A DNA stretch of 53,289 nucleotides, taken from NCBI GenBank assembly GCA_016182555.1, contig JACPGJ010000006.1, positions 1-53,289 of the forward strand, in the 5' to 3' direction. Position 1 is the first letter of the stretch. The number at the start of each line of letters is the position of its first letter. This document shows positions 50,521-53,289 of the stretch, piece by piece. Below the pieces are notes generated by a model. That model saw nothing but the letters and a program-made list of their open reading frames with translations, made no database searches and was not told where the DNA came from. This stretch comes from Candidatus Kerfeldbacteria bacterium. Its GTDB lineage: Bacteria; Patescibacteriota; Patescibacteriia; UBA9570; XYC2-FULL-38-9. The position numbers and the translations under genes were made by a program.

Positions 50521-51591
50521 TTATCCTACAACACGTTCAATAATTGACAAGGTTGCTGTTGCGGTTTGTTCCCACGAAAATTGTTGAGCATGTCTGAATG
50601 ATTTTTGTTGCATCTCTTGGCGGAGTTGATTGTTTTGTAAAAGCAAATCCAGTCGTGCGCGAATGGATTGTACATCATACGGATCAAACAATACCCCAGC
50701 TTCTCCGGTCACTTCTGGCAGGGACGTATTTTGTGCCACAGCCACGGGTGCCCCACAGTTCATGGCTTCCAATGCGGGTAGCCCAAACCCTTCAAAGAGT
50801 GATGGCATGATAAAGAATAGGCACGCATTATACAGTGCAACCAGTTGTTCTTGGGTGATGTAATCAAGAATGATCACCGTCTCTTGCATATGGTATTTAC
50901 GAATCGTTTCAAATATTTCGGCATACTCCCATCCTTTTTTTCCGACAATGACCAGTTTTGTTTCGCCACGTTTGGTGAATGCAAACGCTTCAATGAGTCG
51001 TGCAAAATTTTTTCGTGGTTCCAAGGTGCCAACACTGAGAATAAATGGTGTGGTGATTTTCATCTCGTGCAGTGATTTTTTTATTCCCTCCACATCATCC
51101 AGTACCCGAAATTCTTTTCCAGCGGCAAGTGGTACTACCTGAAGTTTCGACTCATCAATATGGAGATAATCCACAATAGTTTTTTTTGTATATTCAGAAA
51201 CGCAGATTAATTGTTCTGCGCGTTTGAATGAACGAGGAAGAAGCTTGGTCCAGTAATATGCTGCGGCACCAGAAAAACGATCTGGGTGAATGATACCGAA
51301 GATATCGTGTGCAGTCATCACCACGGGTTTTGGAAAACGTGGTGCAGAAAATGCGGGCGTAAAAAGCACATCAATTTTTTTGTTCAGAAATGATAAGGGC
51401 ACACCAATTTGATCCCAGAGAATGCGCTGGGGGGTGCGTAAGTTTTTTTTTACCCGATGTAATTCCACCAATTCATGATTTCCGGGTAATGCATGTAGTG
51501 CGCTGACAATATGTTCGACATAAAAACCGAGTCCGCTTTTTTGTCCGGCCGTTGCGGCCATGTCGATACCAATGCGTAATGATTTTTTCAT
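50521..51591 (-). CDS. Glycosyltransferase family 4
   Basis: VGTLEPRKN, PSLFEGFGLPALEAM..G, SLPEV. Confidence 0.95.
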   Translation of the reverse strand: MKKSLRIGIDMAATAGQKSGLGFYVEHIVSALHALPGNHELVELHRVKKNLRTPQRILWDQIGVPLSFLNKKIDVLFTPAFSAPRFPKPVVMTAHDIFGIIHPDRFSGAAAYYWTKLLPRSFKRAEQLICVSEYTKKTIVDYLHIDESKLQVVPLAAGKEFRVLDDVEGIKKSLHEMKITTPFILSVGTLEPRKNFARLIEAFAFTKRGETKLVIVGKKGWEYAEIFETIRKYHMQETVIILDYITQEQLVALYNACLFFIMPSLFEGFGLPALEAMNCGAPVAVAQNTSLPEVTGEAGVLFDPYDVQSIRARLDLLLQNNQLRQEMQQKSFRHAQQFSWEQTATATLSIIERVVG

Positions 51592-51596
51592 AGTGA

Positions 51597-53090
51597 CTAT
51601 TTTATGCGCACCAATGAACGTAATTCCTGTGGACGAATGGCGCGGGTGAGAAAAAGCGCTGCGAGATAAATGATGCCACCCAGTGGAACAAGCAGAGCAA
51701 GGGCAATGAATGCGAAGGTGAAATGTGATAGAGTGATATGCCTGTTGTTCAGGAAATATTGTAATGCGCGGAGCAGCAGACCGAGCACGATATACATCAC
51801 CGCTGCCGATACAATAGATTTAATGAATCGGTTCAAACCCACGTTGATATGCGCTGTACGCAAAATTAATGTGAGTGAAATCAGCATCATCGCCACTTCA
51901 GAATACACAGTCACCCATGCCGCGCCAGTAATAGAAAATCGAGGGATGACAACCATATATCCAAGCAATGAGGTGAGGGCAATAAAGAAATAGCCCCAGA
52001 CCATCGCACGTTGTCGGTTCACTGCTACGACGATATAGCCGGTGAGCGTGCCAATAAATATAGCAGCGGTGGCAATAATGAGTATGCGTAAAATATGTTC
52101 TGAATGTACGCCATCATCTCCTTGAATAATGGTCATCATCATCGGGGCGAGTACCCACGTACCCGCAATCATCGGTAGCGCAATCATCGCCAGAGCATCA
52201 AATGATTTTTGAAATAATTCTTGAAAACGCATTTTGTCTTGTTGTTGCCAAGCACCAGCGAGAATCGGCAAGGCGAGCCCAGTAAACATCGCTGGTAGGG
52301 AGACCAGTACTTCCAGAATTTTGTAGGGCGCACCATACCATCCAATTTCTTGACTCGTTTTGTAGAAACTGAGCACCACCACATCGCCTTTGAAATAGAT
52401 TAACCCAAACGCGATTGAGAGAGCGATTGGCCAGGCTTCGGTGAGAACAGAACGACATACCGCCCGGTCAAACCTAAAATGAATAGAGAAATATTTTCGT
52501 GAAGCAAAAAAGTTAATAAAGAAATTCGTTGCACTTGAAAGAACCAAGGTGAATAGAATTGCTAGTAAGCCAAGGTGGAGCCAGATAACCGCCACGGTTG
52601 CCGCACACAAAACAATTTTTCCAACAAATTCCGCAATCGCAATCCAGCTGGTTCGCAAAAATTTTTGAAAAATGGCAGCGATGAGCTGGTTGAGTGAAAT
52701 AAAGAGAAAGAAGAGAGAAGTGAGAGCAATGCCACTTATCATTTCTCCAGAATATTGAGGGTGTCTGAAACTGATGAGCCATGCGCCAAGGGGAGCGGCG
52801 GCAAGAAAAATAATTCCAGAAATTAAGCGTACGGTGAAGATGGTATCCACTACTATCGATTCACGGCCATCAATATTTGCCATCCGTTTCACCAAAATAA
52901 CATAGAGGCCCAGATCCATGAGAATACCGAAGATTTGAAGGAAGGAAAGAATGGTGGTGTATTGTCCAAAGCCAGTATCGTGTAAGTGGCGATACACAAG
53001 GCTGGCAACGACCAAAGATAAAACCGTACCAGCAATTTTGCCGACCATTTGAATGGCCGTATTATATGCAATTTTTCTTCGTAGTGACAT
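51597..53090 (-). CDS. Wzx-type polysaccharide flippase
   Basis: RKIAYNT, FGQYT, DLGL, D...LS....IGWY..PYK; about 12-14 TM helices. Confidence 0.9.
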   Translation of the reverse strand: MSLRRKIAYNTAIQMVGKIAGTVLSLVVASLVYRHLHDTGFGQYTTILSFLQIFGILMDLGLYVILVKRMANIDGRESIVVDTIFTVRLISGIIFLAAAPLGAWLISFRHPQYSGEMISGIALTSLFFLFISLNQLIAAIFQKFLRTSWIAIAEFVGKIVLCAATVAVIWLHLGLLAILFTLVLSSATNFFINFFASRKYFSIHFRFDRAVCRSVLTEAWPIALSIAFGLIYFKGDVVVLSFYKTSQEIGWYGAPYKILEVLVSLPAMFTGLALPILAGAWQQQDKMRFQELFQKSFDALAMIALPMIAGTWVLAPMMMTIIQGDDGVHSEHILRILIIATAAIFIGTLTGYIVVAVNRQRAMVWGYFFIALTSLLGYMVVIPRFSITGAAWVTVYSEVAMMLISLTLILRTAHINVGLNRFIKSIVSAAVMYIVLGLLLRALQYFLNNRHITLSHFTFAFIALALLVPLGGIIYLAALFLTRAIRPQELRSLVRIK

Positions 53091-53289
53091 AAGATTGGTG
53101 TTGCGATCGTACCATTTTTTACTCTGGACAGCAAGTGAATTTTTTGCTATGTTATTTAAAATTGAAAAGTGGACTGGCGTAAAGTTGAAAACCGGACTAA
53201 TTGTGGATAAGTGGGAATAACGGTGCTTTCGTTCATACTGATGTGGTTAATCAATAACCATAGATACGTATGAGCAAAGGGCAATTACA

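Noticed and set aside
53168-53289. DnaA box TGTGGATAA (53202-53210), GTGG repeats and an ORF start at 53270
   Set aside because: A single box with no dnaA context is not enough for oriC; GTGG spacing is irregular for an MraZ site; the ORF is cut after 6 codons

Overview
Core-genome-rich window of a small-genome bacterium. It is most likely Patescibacteria/CPR, inferred from the intron-bearing, 23S-unlinked 16S rRNA with shortened helices, the hinge-less SMC, the scarcity of Shine-Dalgarno motifs and the large secreted proteins. Contents: the 3' end of an IS110-family transposase; a J-domain protein; a zur-znuC-znuB operon; 10 tRNA genes, including a rare tRNA-Ile(UAU); and a 16S rRNA gene with a 927-nt S516 group I intron encoding a LAGLIDADG endonuclease. 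Housekeeping genes are trmD, khpA, rpsP, smc, rnc, nusB, rpmF, tpiA, gyrA, rpsA, ftsH, LOG, a RluA-family synthase and rplS. There are also several surface proteins, an amidase, a B12-binding radical SAM gene paired with a TrmB-type regulator, and a surface-glycan cluster. Most notable: (1) a LAGLIDADG intein in the Walker A motif of FtsH, plus one at the GyrA catalytic Tyr; (2) a dispersed ~80-nt structured intergenic element with compensatory base changes, two close copies and one partial; (3) an apparent 31-nt gap in a universally conserved 16S segment; (4) a radical SAM enzyme with a non-canonical CX8CX2C motif; (5) an unannotated 21-aa Lys-rich ORF; (6) an RNase III-type hairpin in the rnc leader. 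All calls come from reading the sequence; no searches were run.
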